In this document: positions 39,983 through 49,521 of the stretch, one piece after another
Numbering within the stretch: position 1 is the first letter of the stretch
Layout of the letters: each line of letters opens with the position of its first letter
Assembly: GCA_963736115.1 (NCBI GenBank)
Contig: CAVTNR010000027.1
Coordinates: 128,098 to 192,097 of the forward strand
Origin: an uncultured bacterium
Lineage (GTDB): Bacteria > Zhuqueibacterota > QNDG01 > DTFT01
Length of the DNA stretch: 64,000 nucleotides
Reading direction: 5' to 3'
The notes under the pieces: generated by a model
Database searches by the model: none
What the model was told of the DNA's origin: nothing
What the model saw: the letters and a program-made list of their open reading frames with translations, nothing else
Program-made: the position numbers and the translations under genes

Positions 39983-40176
39983 GGCATACCCTCCCTGGGT
40001 TGGTTATGCATTATATTACGAAAATCCGGAAACAAAAGCAAATGATTGTAATGCCACCCGCAGGCCCGGACCCTGTCGGTGACTTTCCCCGGACCGCTTT
40101 TTCCCTTGATATTCTCAATCCAAATGCACAAATTTATCATTCGGGATGCATTTTGATCAGAAATGGAGGTATCGTT

Positions 40177-41622
40177 ATGTCGGTTCGACGAATTTCACGC
40201 GTGCTAATCGCTTTTCTGCTGGGTTCCCTGATCTGGGCCGCCTGCGCCATCAATCCCGTGACGGGCAAACGGGAGCTGATGCTCATCTCCGAAGCGCAGG
40301 AAATCCAGTACGGGGTTGAGGGGGACAAGGAGATCTGCGCGGAATACGGCGTGGTGGACAATCCGGCGCTCACGGCCTATGTCGAGCGTATCGGCCTGAG
40401 CATGGGCCGTATCACACACCGTCCCGGTTTGGAATACCATTTCCGGGTGCTCGACACGCCCGTGGTCAATGCCTTTGCCGTGCCGGGCGGGTATATCTAC
40501 GTGACCCGCGGCATCCTGGCTCACATGAACGACGAAGCCGAACTCGCCGGCGTGATCGGCCATGAACTGGGTCACGTCACGGCGCGCCACACCGCGCGTT
40601 CGATCAGCCAGCAGCAGCTGGCGATGATCGGCCTCCAGCTCGGGTACGCGTTTTCAGAGAAGCTCCGGAACCTTTCCGGGCTTGCGGAATTCGGCGTCAA
40701 CATGCTCTTTCTCAAATTCAGCCGCGATGACGAGCGCCAGGCCGATAATCTCGGCGTGGAATACGCAAGCAAACAGGCCTATGACACGAAACGGATGGCC
40801 GCCTTCTTCGAGACGCTGGAGCGCATGTCCGGCGGCGAGGAATCGGGCCTCCCGGACTGGTTTTCAACCCATCCCAATCCCGAAAACCGGGTCACGGCCG
40901 TCCTGAAAAAGACCGCCCAGTGGCAGACCCAGCTCGCCCTGGCCCAGTACAATGTCAACCGCGATACCTACCTGAAGACGATCAGCGGCCTCATATTCGG
41001 CGACGATCCCCAGCAGGGCTATGTGTCGGGGAACGCCTTCTACCAGCCGTCGCTGAAGTTCTCCTTTCCCGTGCCCAGGGGATGGACGGTGAACAACATG
41101 GCATCCCAGGTCCAGATCGCCTCCTCGACCGGGAATGCCTCGATCGTGCTCATGCTCGATTCCGCATCGACTGCATCCTCGGCCGCGGATCAGTTCATTT
41201 CCGGGAACAGTGCCGTTGTCCAGACCCGGCAGTCACTGACGGTCAACGGCTACGCTTCCCAGAAGCTCGTCTCCCGGCTGGCGTCCGAGTCGGACACGCT
41301 CAAGGTCATGTCCTATTTCATTCCCAAGGACGGCACGGTGTACGCATTTCACGGCCTGTCCACGCCGGCGCTGTATTCGCAGTTCGCGGACACATTCGCG
41401 ACGACCATGGGGGGATTCAAGAAACTCACCGACGCGTCGAAGATCAACGTGAAAGCCGAACGGCTCACCGTCAAGAGCTTCCCCAAAGCGTCCCCGCTCC
41501 GCTCCATTCTGAAGCAGGCCGGCATTGCGGACAGCCGGCTCGAGGAACTGGCCATCATGAACGGCATGCAGCTCGACGAAATGGTTCCGGCCGGCACGCT
41601 GGTCAAGATCCCGGCCAAATAA
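40177..41622 (+). CDS. M48 family metalloprotease lipoprotein
   Basis: WAAC lipobox, CAINPVTG, NAFAVPGG, HELGH, SRDDERQAD, STHP. Confidence 0.9.
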   Translation: MSVRRISRVLIAFLLGSLIWAACAINPVTGKRELMLISEAQEIQYGVEGDKEICAEYGVVDNPALTAYVERIGLSMGRITHRPGLEYHFRVLDTPVVNAFAVPGGYIYVTRGILAHMNDEAELAGVIGHELGHVTARHTARSISQQQLAMIGLQLGYAFSEKLRNLSGLAEFGVNMLFLKFSRDDERQADNLGVEYASKQAYDTKRMAAFFETLERMSGGEESGLPDWFSTHPNPENRVTAVLKKTAQWQTQLALAQYNVNRDTYLKTISGLIFGDDPQQGYVSGNAFYQPSLKFSFPVPRGWTVNNMASQVQIASSTGNASIVLMLDSASTASSAADQFISGNSAVVQTRQSLTVNGYASQKLVSRLASESDTLKVMSYFIPKDGTVYAFHGLSTPALYSQFADTFATTMGGFKKLTDASKINVKAERLTVKSFPKASPLRSILKQAGIADSRLEELAIMNGMQLDEMVPAGTLVKIPAK

Positions 41623-41671
41623 GACCGGAGCGGCCGTTCGTCCGGTCGCCCTTTTCCGTGCTGCGGATCAT

Positions 41672-41709
41672 AAAAAGGCTCCCCGCTTCTGTCAGCGGGG
41701 AGCCTTTTT
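41672..41709. terminator. Bidirectional terminator
   Basis: AAAAAGGCTCCCCGCT..AGCGGGGAGCCTTTTT. Confidence 0.75.
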
Positions 41710-41748
41710 CATGTAACCGGCATCAGGAGAATCCGGCTCCGGATTCCA

Positions 41749-43056
41749 TCAATCCCCCAGAACGACCCAGTTTTCCAGGTTCCCCTCTATTAACATTCCG
41801 CCGGAACAGAGCGGGTCCGTATCCCGCGCCTCTTTCGGAATGATAAAATCGCTTCTCAGAACCGCGCCCCGACTCCTGAACCGATCGAAGACTGAATCCG
41901 TCATGACGTCGAACCAGGACACCAGTTTCATGCGGTTCCCCGGCGTCCGAGCCCAGACCGCTATGTCGGAGTAGGTCCGGTCATCAATGTGCGTTCCGAG
42001 AAAACGCCCCGAATCCAGGGCCTGACCCACGGCCAGCGAATCCGCGAGTCGGATGTGGAAGATGCGGAACTCAAAATCCGGATAGTCCCTTGACTGAATC
42101 CATACCTGGGTGCCCATCCATTCCTCGATGATTCCGGAAACCGTTCCATCGGCCGGGGAAAAAATCCGGACCCCGGACCAGTCCACGTCTCCCCTCGGCT
42201 GAAAGTAATGCTTCATGCTGCTGCACGTCTCGAAGTCATCCACGTAATTGTGCCCGATACCGGATCTGAATTTGGATACGCGCAGGATTTTATCGGACTG
42301 GATGTAATCCGAATCCGCGAAACGGGGAATGCCCCATGCGTCGACATCGTATTTGCAGTGGAGCGTGATCCAGTTTTCCGGCTCCCCGTTCCCCGCAAGT
42401 GAATCGTCTTCGCAAACAAGCGGATGGCTGTCCCGCTCCTCCCGGCTGATGATGAAGGACTGTGTGGCCGGCGCCTCGCAATCCCGGAGAGGCGCGTACA
42501 GGGAATCGGCAACGGCCTGAACGTCGAAAAAGGAAACGAACTTCATGCCGGACGTCGTTTGAACAGCCACTGCGACCGCCATGGACGCACCGCTCCCGCG
42601 GAACGTTCCGATGGCCTGGCCGGCCGTCACTGAAACTCCGGCCTGGACCGATTCGAACGGCAGAATGTCGAGAAGCCTGATCTCAAAGTCCGGGAAACCG
42701 TCCGGCCGGATAAAAACGTCCGAACCGGACATCCCGGACTGCAACCGGGTCAGGGTGCCGTTCACGGGTGAAAACACCGGAAGTGTCTCGGGTCCGAAAT
42801 CGGAACCGGGTTCGAAGCGGTGAAGCATACTGCGGCAATGTTCGAAATCGTCCGAGTAATCGGGCCCGACGCCGGACCTGAACCTGGAAATCCGGGTCAT
42901 TCTGGAAATGTCCACGATATTGACGGCCACAAATCTGGGAAGGCCGTTCCGATCGAGGTCCCAGCCGGAAGGTTCGGAGGATTTTGGATTGCCGCAGGAC
43001 AGAAATGCCAGATGGATGCAGATCGGCAGCAGTTTGGCGGGATGGAAGCGGATCAT
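41749..43056 (-). CDS. Lipoprotein made of two tandem ~200-aa homologous domains (M23/hybrid-fold-like)
   Basis: FLSC lipobox; two repeats of S(R/K)FRSG.G..Y.DDFE.C.SM.H, FSP..GT, ENW. Confidence 0.65.
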   Translation of the reverse strand: MIRFHPAKLLPICIHLAFLSCGNPKSSEPSGWDLDRNGLPRFVAVNIVDISRMTRISRFRSGVGPDYSDDFEHCRSMLHRFEPGSDFGPETLPVFSPVNGTLTRLQSGMSGSDVFIRPDGFPDFEIRLLDILPFESVQAGVSVTAGQAIGTFRGSGASMAVAVAVQTTSGMKFVSFFDVQAVADSLYAPLRDCEAPATQSFIISREERDSHPLVCEDDSLAGNGEPENWITLHCKYDVDAWGIPRFADSDYIQSDKILRVSKFRSGIGHNYVDDFETCSSMKHYFQPRGDVDWSGVRIFSPADGTVSGIIEEWMGTQVWIQSRDYPDFEFRIFHIRLADSLAVGQALDSGRFLGTHIDDRTYSDIAVWARTPGNRMKLVSWFDVMTDSVFDRFRSRGAVLRSDFIIPKEARDTDPLCSGGMLIEGNLENWVVLGD

Positions 43057-43125
43057 GTTACGGCCCTCCCTTGAATGACCGTAAAAATGATAAACATCGG
43101 CGAAAGCCGGCGTGCCGCCGTCGTG

Positions 43126-44256
43126 TCAGTTTCCGTATCCGTTTGAGCGGAACGCCAGACCCAGCGGGAGAATCCGGACTCCCCCGCCGGCAATGATTTC
43201 GTTTTCCTGACCCAGGCCGCAAAAAATCCAGGGCGATACGCCGCTGAACCGGACCACGCCCGGGAATAGATTCAGCTTGGCCTTGTATGCCCGGGATCCC
43301 GAGAACAGAAGTGAGGCCATCAGGGACCCGTTCCGGTCGTAAAAGAGTCCCGCATTCCAGATCAGGTCAACGGTCAGGATTCTTCCCTGGCCATTTTCCC
43401 GTACGACTTTCTGCTGACGCGACATCATGCCCGCGCCGACGGACCAGGACGAACCGTCCGGCCGTCCGAGCGACAGGCCCAGAAGGCCGTTGAGCCCGAA
43501 ATGATAGAACAGGCTCAAGCGTTCCGCGCGCGGAAACGTCCACTTGACCATGTAATTGTCGGCATTGTTTTCAAGCGTGCTTCCGAGGGGATCGAAGGCC
43601 GGGGGCGTGGACCAGTCGCGCATGTGAAGCGTTTCACCGAAGAACCGGCTGACCCGGTCGGAGGAGAACAGGAGAATGCCCAGGGGGTCGAAAATCCAGA
43701 GGTCCGCGATGGGATCGACGTTCACGCCTTCGTAAGCGTCGTTCTCCACGATCTCGTTGAGGAAATGATACGCATAGCAGGTGGCCGCGGACCAGAGCCG
43801 GCAACGGCTGAATCCGTTCGCCTCGTACCATTCGGAGAGTTGGCGGAAGGTCATGCCGCTTCCGATGAGGTGGCTCTGGTAATTCGGCACGTACTGGGCG
43901 CTTTTCGGGGCGAGGGTCATGGGGATCACTTCGGTGGTGAGAAATTTTCGCCAGCCGAATGCGCGGATGCGGCCGACCGGATCGGACACATTGCGGCGGA
44001 CGTTTTTCCACCCGGTGCGGTAGTCCACGCCGAAGGGATCTCGGTCCCGGTTTCCGGCCTGGAAAATGCTGTACCCGCCGTTCAGCACCACGAACACGGG
44101 GTTATAGAGCGACTCGGAACCGTATGGGAGGGAATGATAGAAAAAGGAGCCGTCCGTTCCGGACGACAGGCACAGGGCCGGCGGGCCGGCCAGAACGAAG
44201 ACGAGAAATCGGACGAAACGGCCCGCCCGTCGCCGGGCGCGGGCGGCTTCAGGCAA
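43126..44256 (-). CDS. Hypothetical exported/outer-membrane protein
   Basis: 376-aa ORF overlapping the upstream stop; N-terminal hydrophobic segment; aromatic beta-rich C-terminal half. Confidence 0.6.
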   Translation of the reverse strand: MPEAARARRRAGRFVRFLVFVLAGPPALCLSSGTDGSFFYHSLPYGSESLYNPVFVVLNGGYSIFQAGNRDRDPFGVDYRTGWKNVRRNVSDPVGRIRAFGWRKFLTTEVIPMTLAPKSAQYVPNYQSHLIGSGMTFRQLSEWYEANGFSRCRLWSAATCYAYHFLNEIVENDAYEGVNVDPIADLWIFDPLGILLFSSDRVSRFFGETLHMRDWSTPPAFDPLGSTLENNADNYMVKWTFPRAERLSLFYHFGLNGLLGLSLGRPDGSSWSVGAGMMSRQQKVVRENGQGRILTVDLIWNAGLFYDRNGSLMASLLFSGSRAYKAKLNLFPGVVRFSGVSPWIFCGLGQENEIIAGGGVRILPLGLAFRSNGYGN

Positions 44257-45259
44257 TGTGAAACTCCGATTTCTCGACGCGGCCGTTGGAACGGCCGATT
44301 TTGTGCCAGCCGCTCCGGTCGTTGAGCGTCACCCAGCGCCGTTCCTCGGCCCGGTAGAACCAGTCCTTGTCGAGCTGGTAATAGAGCTGGAGATTCCGGG
44401 TCTCGATGATGTTAAGGATTTCGTTCGTGTGCGAGTGACTTTCGTCGTAATCGGTCGTGGCCTTCTGCCCCATTTCGGAATAGACCTGGTTCAGCTCGAG
44501 CAGGAGGTCGAGCACTTCGTGATCGAGCGTTTGTATGGTCAGGCCCAGCCGGACGGCCTCCTCGGAGAGAATCGGATAGTCATGCGACGGATACCGCGTG
44601 TTGAGCACCTCGGCGATGCGCCGGACGGATTCCTCCTCCTTGATATGATAGGAAAGAATCGCTCGGCAAAGCATCACCGAAAGCGAATCGGCCCGGTCCA
44701 CGGCGCCGATGACCAGGGGATGAACGTACTCGAAAAGGGATTTGTAGGGGTTCGCCGCGGTCTGGTCCTTCTCCTTCTGCCAGAGCGCGATGACGCGCTT
44801 GAGCTCGTCGAGACTCACGCTGACGCGCTCGTTGTCGCGGTCAATGGGCGACAGGTCGTGCGTGAGCGACGTGTCGACCGCCGTCAGGTATGACATGGGC
44901 CCCATGTGGATCGCGTTCGCTCCGAGCGCGATCATGGTCGCGGCGGACGCGCATTCGAGTGGAATGAGGGCGTGTATGTTCGTGAAATAGTTCCGCAGAA
45001 GATTCACGATACGGAGCGACGCCTGTCCGTTCCCGCCTTCCGATTTAATGAACAGGTACAGCGTGTCCCGCTTGCCGATATTCTCGAGCATTTCATAGAT
45101 GGCGATCACATCGTTCTGGCAGACGGATCCCTGCGGGTTGTTCCAGTAAGAAATAAAGACGCCGTCCAGCCGTTCCGCGATGCGGGCGACGATCTTCTGG
45201 GTTTCGGTGAACTTGACAGGCGGCTGTTTGACGGGAATTCGCTTTTTACGTTCGGCCAT
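44249..45259 (-). CDS. SDH-family ClpP-fold serine protease (DUF114-like)
   Basis: SEGG, CASAATMIALGA, MGP..AVD, SHDYPI. Confidence 0.75.
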   Translation of the reverse strand: MAERKKRIPVKQPPVKFTETQKIVARIAERLDGVFISYWNNPQGSVCQNDVIAIYEMLENIGKRDTLYLFIKSEGGNGQASLRIVNLLRNYFTNIHALIPLECASAATMIALGANAIHMGPMSYLTAVDTSLTHDLSPIDRDNERVSVSLDELKRVIALWQKEKDQTAANPYKSLFEYVHPLVIGAVDRADSLSVMLCRAILSYHIKEEESVRRIAEVLNTRYPSHDYPILSEEAVRLGLTIQTLDHEVLDLLLELNQVYSEMGQKATTDYDESHSHTNEILNIIETRNLQLYYQLDKDWFYRAEERRWVTLNDRSGWHKIGRSNGRVEKSEFHIA

Positions 45260-45378
45260 GATGAATCCTCCGGAAGGTAAGTGTCAATTTACATGAAACC
45301 GGGGATAATAGCAAGAGCGAGTTCGGGAAGCGGCGAAAATGACTTGACCGCCGTCGTTCCGGTGTTTACATTAATGGC

Positions 45379-46257
45379 GTGAAACGGACCCGTGACATCG
45401 GCCGCTGCCTGGCGGGCGCATTCAACGAATGGCGCGAAGACCGCGCCGGCCACCTGTCAGCCGCCCTTTCCTTCTACACACTGTTCTCGCTCGCGCCGCT
45501 ACTGGTGTTTTTCGTGCTGGCCGCCGGGCTGGCCCTCGGACGCGAAGGCGCGCAGGTGTTCATCACGTCCCGCCTTCAGGAATTCCTGGGGCCGCAGGCC
45601 GCGGATGTGATCGGCTCCCTGATCGAAAACGCGCGTCACCGGGAACCCGTGTCCGGCCGCGTGGCCGGCGCGGTCGGAAGAGCGGCTGTTTTCTGGGGCG
45701 GATCCACGGTTTTCGGATGCCTGGCCGACTCGCTCAACGCGATCTGGAACGTGAAACGCAGGGGCGGCCGTTTCGGGATCCGCGGGTTTCTCGTGCACCG
45801 GCTGGCGGCCTTTGTCATGGTTTTCGGAACCGGCGCATTTCTGGTCGTTTCCTCCATGGCGACCCTGGGCCTGACCGCGCTGGGCACTTTTCTATCCGAA
45901 CGACTGCCTCTCCCGATTCAGGCTTTCAAAGCCGCCGATTTTCTGCTATCCGTCGCGGTTCTCACCGCGCTTTTTTCCGCGATTTTCAAATGGGTACCGC
46001 TTGTCCGTCAGACATGGGCCGATGTATGGCCCGCCGGCCTGCTCACCGCCTTTCTGTTCAGTGTCGGGAAATACGGAATCGGGCTGTATCTCGTGTCCTC
46101 GAGCGTCTCCTCCGCGTATGGCGCGGCCGGATCGCTGGTCGTGATGCTGATCGGCGTCTACCTGGCCGCGGAAATTTTCTATTACGGGGCGGAATTCAAC
46201 AAGGTCTGGATGCGGACGCGGGGTTCGGGGAAGGAAATAAAAGTTCATAGTTCATAG
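45379..46257 (+). CDS. YihY/virulence factor BrkB family membrane protein
   Basis: AALSFYTLFSLAP, LNAIW, YGAAGS, GAEF. Confidence 0.9.
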   Translation: MKRTRDIGRCLAGAFNEWREDRAGHLSAALSFYTLFSLAPLLVFFVLAAGLALGREGAQVFITSRLQEFLGPQAADVIGSLIENARHREPVSGRVAGAVGRAAVFWGGSTVFGCLADSLNAIWNVKRRGGRFGIRGFLVHRLAAFVMVFGTGAFLVVSSMATLGLTALGTFLSERLPLPIQAFKAADFLLSVAVLTALFSAIFKWVPLVRQTWADVWPAGLLTAFLFSVGKYGIGLYLVSSSVSSAYGAAGSLVVMLIGVYLAAEIFYYGAEFNKVWMRTRGSGKEIKVHSS

Positions 46258-46324
46258 TTCATGGTTCATAGCCAAAGAATAAACAAATCGTTTTCCTTCT
46301 CTTCGCAACTATGAACTATGAACT
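46242..46324. repeat. Heptamer-array hairpin (AGTTCAT)4..(ATGAACT)2
   Basis: Left arm 46242-46269 includes the YihY stop; right arm 46307-46324. Confidence 0.8.
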
Positions 46325-46403
46325 GCCTTGCTTTATCGTACAGCGCCGGTAAAATACGGATCCGCCACGGATTCCCGGAACGCCTGGAGGGCCTCATCCG
46401 AGG

Positions 46404-47276
46404 AGCGAGTCGGTGACGAGCTGAGGATTGTCGTGGTGGATGAGGTGGCCGCTATCGGTCTTCGTCACATGCTTCGCGCCGGGCACCAGCGCGGCCAGGG
46501 TCGCATGGGCCACCTTCTGCGCCCGGTCGGTGACGTAGCCGACGTCGGGCGGGGTATCGGGGGCGAGCATGCCGTCGGCGATGAAGCCTGGGACCAAGGG
46601 GCCCCACTGGACGTCGGCGCTCAGCACGACGAGCGGCATCGGCTGGAGCGGCGGGGCGGCGAGCATCTGGTCGAAACTTGGGTCGGCATCCGCCCGCTCG
46701 ATGAGCGGGTAGACCTTGAGGGCCTCCGTGAGGTCGCCGTCGAGGATCTTCTTCTGCCAGACCCACTCTTCCGGGGTCTCGGCCGACCGCAGGTACTCGG
46801 AGAGGGCATCGACCAGCACCATCCCGTCGACGTCGTCAGGGTAGGTCATCGCATAGAGCCGGACGACCAGCCCGCCATAGGAGTGGCCGACGATGACGAA
46901 CGGCGTGTCGATCCTGGCGGCGACGACGAGTGCGTGGAGATCGGCAACCGAGTTGGCGACGGTGATCGGCATCGGCACCAGGTCGCTCCGGCTGGGGCTT
47001 CCGTCAGGAAGCACGACGCCCGGGACGGTCGTAGGCGCAGACCCGCGTGAATTTGGCGACGTCGGCGAAGACCGGCGAGTCCTTCGTCCATTCGTCCGTC
47101 GAGGCCCTTCCGCCGGGGACGATGAATACGGTCGGCGATCCTGACCCGCGGCATTCGAGATACATCTTCCGTCCGTTGCCGATGTCGACCGTGCCGGCGA
47201 AATCGCCGTCCGCAGCAACTGCGGGGAAGGGGGCGACGAGAAGCAGCGTGAGAAACAGCGAACGCGCGCGCGGCAT
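46404..47276 (-). CDS. Secreted alpha/beta hydrolase (frameshift at ~47020; 3' end truncated at a junction)
   Basis: GRKMYLECRGSGSPTV, RVCAYDRPG, GHSYGG, SGHLIHHDNP. Confidence 0.8.
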
Positions 47277-47323
47277 GATGCGGGCCTCCTCGACGAGACG
47301 TTCCGGGACGGTGCGGCGGGATG

Positions 47324-48310
47324 CTACTCCATTCCGCCGAGCTGGCGGAGGAGGGCGAGGCCGTTGGCCTCCGACCAGCCTTCGATGATCCGGCCGCACT
47401 GGAAGCGGAAGGCGTTCATGCCGCCCCACTCGACCGGCTTGCCGCTGGTCGCGACGCCGAGGAAGGGGGTGCCGGTGTGGGTGCCCTTGCCGATCCAGCG
47501 GACGAGCACGCTGTTGCCGTCGGCGAGCACGTCGTCGACCGTGAACTGGATGTCCGGGAAGCCGGCGCTGAGCGGGGCCAGGCTGCCCTTCACCGCCTCG
47601 GCGCCGACCGCGTCCGGGAAGAGGCCGGCGTGGTGGACCATGTTCGGCCAGACGAACTCGTCCAGCACCTCGAGCTTCCGCTGGTTCAGGGCCTCGTCGT
47701 ACCAGCGGCGGGCGGCGGCGATGTTCTGCTCCGGCGTGGTGTCGACGCATTCGGCCATCTTCGGCGGATTCGACGGCGGGGTCTCGTCGTCGGGCGCAGT
47801 GGTGACGTTGAGGTCGAGCGCGCCCATCTGATGGAAGAGGCCGAGCGCATCGCCGGCGTTCCAGGTCTCGGCGATCTTGCCGCATTCGACGCGGTGAACG
47901 TGGAAGGCGCCGATCGCGACCTTGTTGCCGCTTGCCGGCACGCCGGCGAATTCGCCTTGCTGCGTGCCGCGAAAGGTGTTGCGGATCACGACCTTGTCGC
48001 CGTCGGCCAAGGTCCAGTCGATGGTATAGACGCCGTCGGGGAAGCCGCTCCGAACGGCCATCATCCGTTCGAGGTGTTTGGCGCGGTCCTGGCTCATGAT
48101 GGCGCCGAGATTCTGGACGTAGTCGTCGGCCAGCAGCTTGTCGAGCGCGTCCCTGCCACCCTGGTTGAACGCATCGAAGTAAGCTGTTGCGATCGCTTCG
48201 AGTTCGACCTTCGTCGGCGGCGCACAATCCGCCGCGAAGGCAGGAATCGCGCCGCAAAGGCCGAGGGCGATGCCAACGATGGGGAGGAGGTGGGGGCGGA
48301 GGGGCCGCAT
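47324..48310 (-). CDS. Secreted tandem SnoaL-like ester cyclase
   Basis: Signal peptide; two NTF2-like repeats (GFPD..ADG..V..R..GT..G..F.GV..SG..G.I.E.W). Confidence 0.85.
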   Translation of the reverse strand: MRPLRPHLLPIVGIALGLCGAIPAFAADCAPPTKVELEAIATAYFDAFNQGGRDALDKLLADDYVQNLGAIMSQDRAKHLERMMAVRSGFPDGVYTIDWTLADGDKVVIRNTFRGTQQGEFAGVPASGNKVAIGAFHVHRVECGKIAETWNAGDALGLFHQMGALDLNVTTAPDDETPPSNPPKMAECVDTTPEQNIAAARRWYDEALNQRKLEVLDEFVWPNMVHHAGLFPDAVGAEAVKGSLAPLSAGFPDIQFTVDDVLADGNSVLVRWIGKGTHTGTPFLGVATSGKPVEWGGMNAFRFQCGRIIEGWSEANGLALLRQLGGME

Positions 48311-48426
48311 CGTTCGGATACTCCTTGGTTTCCGGAGAAACGGTAAGGCGCGCCGCGATCGGCGCGCCTCAACCTAGGAGTATCACAAGCGCCGTCAACC
48401 GGAGGATGACGGGAGGTGGCCGCCCG

Positions 48427-48690
48427 TCAGGCGGCCCGGGCGTTCGGCAGGTCCATCGGGATCTCGATGTCGACCGAGAGCGTCGAGACGTTGGCGGCGC
48501 GCTCGGCGGTGACCTTGACCTTTTCGGGGTCGACCGGGACGTGCTTGCGGATCACGGCGAGAATCTCCTCGCGCAGCACCGCGATGAGATCCGGCTTGCC
48601 GAGGAAGGCGCGCTCGTGGGCGAGCAGCACCTTCAGCCGGTCGCGGGCGACCGGAGCCGTGTGGCGGGGCTTGAAGAAACTGAACATCAT
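48427..48690 (-). CDS. minE: Cell division topological specificity factor
   Basis: APVARDRLKVLLAHER..LREEILAVIRKHV. Confidence 0.92.
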   Translation of the reverse strand: MMFSFFKPRHTAPVARDRLKVLLAHERAFLGKPDLIAVLREEILAVIRKHVPVDPEKVKVTAERAANVSTLSVDIEIPMDLPNARAA

Positions 48691-49498
48691 GCGGCCCTCC
48701 CGAACAGGCTGCCGAAGAAGCCTTTCTTCTCCATGGGAATGGTCATCTGGATGCTGTCGCCGCGGAGGCGCCGCGCCGCATCCATGTAGGCCTTGGCCGA
48801 CGCGCTCTGCGGATCGGCGAGCGTGATCGGGGAACCGACATTGGAGGCCTTCAGCACCGCCTGGCTTTCCGGAACGATGCCGATCAGCGGCAGCGACAGG
48901 ATTTCGAGCACGTCCTCGATCGACAGCATCTCGCCACGGGCGGCGCGGGCCGGATCGTAGCGGGTGATGAGGACGTGCTTCTCGATCTGCTCGCCGCGTT
49001 CGGCGGCGAGCGTGCGGAAATCGAGGAGGCCGATGATGCGGTCCGAATCCCTGACCGAGGAGACCTCGGGATTGGTGACGACCACTGCGAGGTCGGCGTG
49101 CCGCATGGCGAGGATCGCACCGCGCTCGATGCCGGCCGGGCTGTCGCAGATCACCCAGTCGAACTCCTTGCGGAGCAAATCGATGACGAGGCGACGCCAT
49201 CCTCGGTGAGGGCGTCCTTGTCGCGGGTCTGCGAGGCCGGGAGGAGGAAGAGGTTCTCCAGCCGCTTGTCGCGGATCAGCGCCTGGGAGAGCTTGGCCTG
49301 GCCCTGGACGACGTTGATGAAATCGAACACCACCCGGCGCTCGGCGCCGAGCACCAGATCGAGATTGCGGAGGCCGACGTCGAAATCGACCACCGCGACG
49401 CGCTCGCCGCCCAGGGCCAGCGCCGCGCCGAGGGCAGCGGTCGAGGTGGTCTTGCCGACCCCGCCCTTGCCCGATGTCACCACCAGAACCGTCCCCAT
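48687..49498 (-). CDS. minD: Septum site-determining ATPase (frameshift at ~49190)
   Basis: TSGKGGVGKTT, DFDVGLRNLD, ASQTRDKDAL, DSPAGIERG, NPEVSSVRDSDR. Confidence 0.92.
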
Positions 49499-49521
49499 GT
49501 CCCTCTTGCTCCTCTCGGGCT

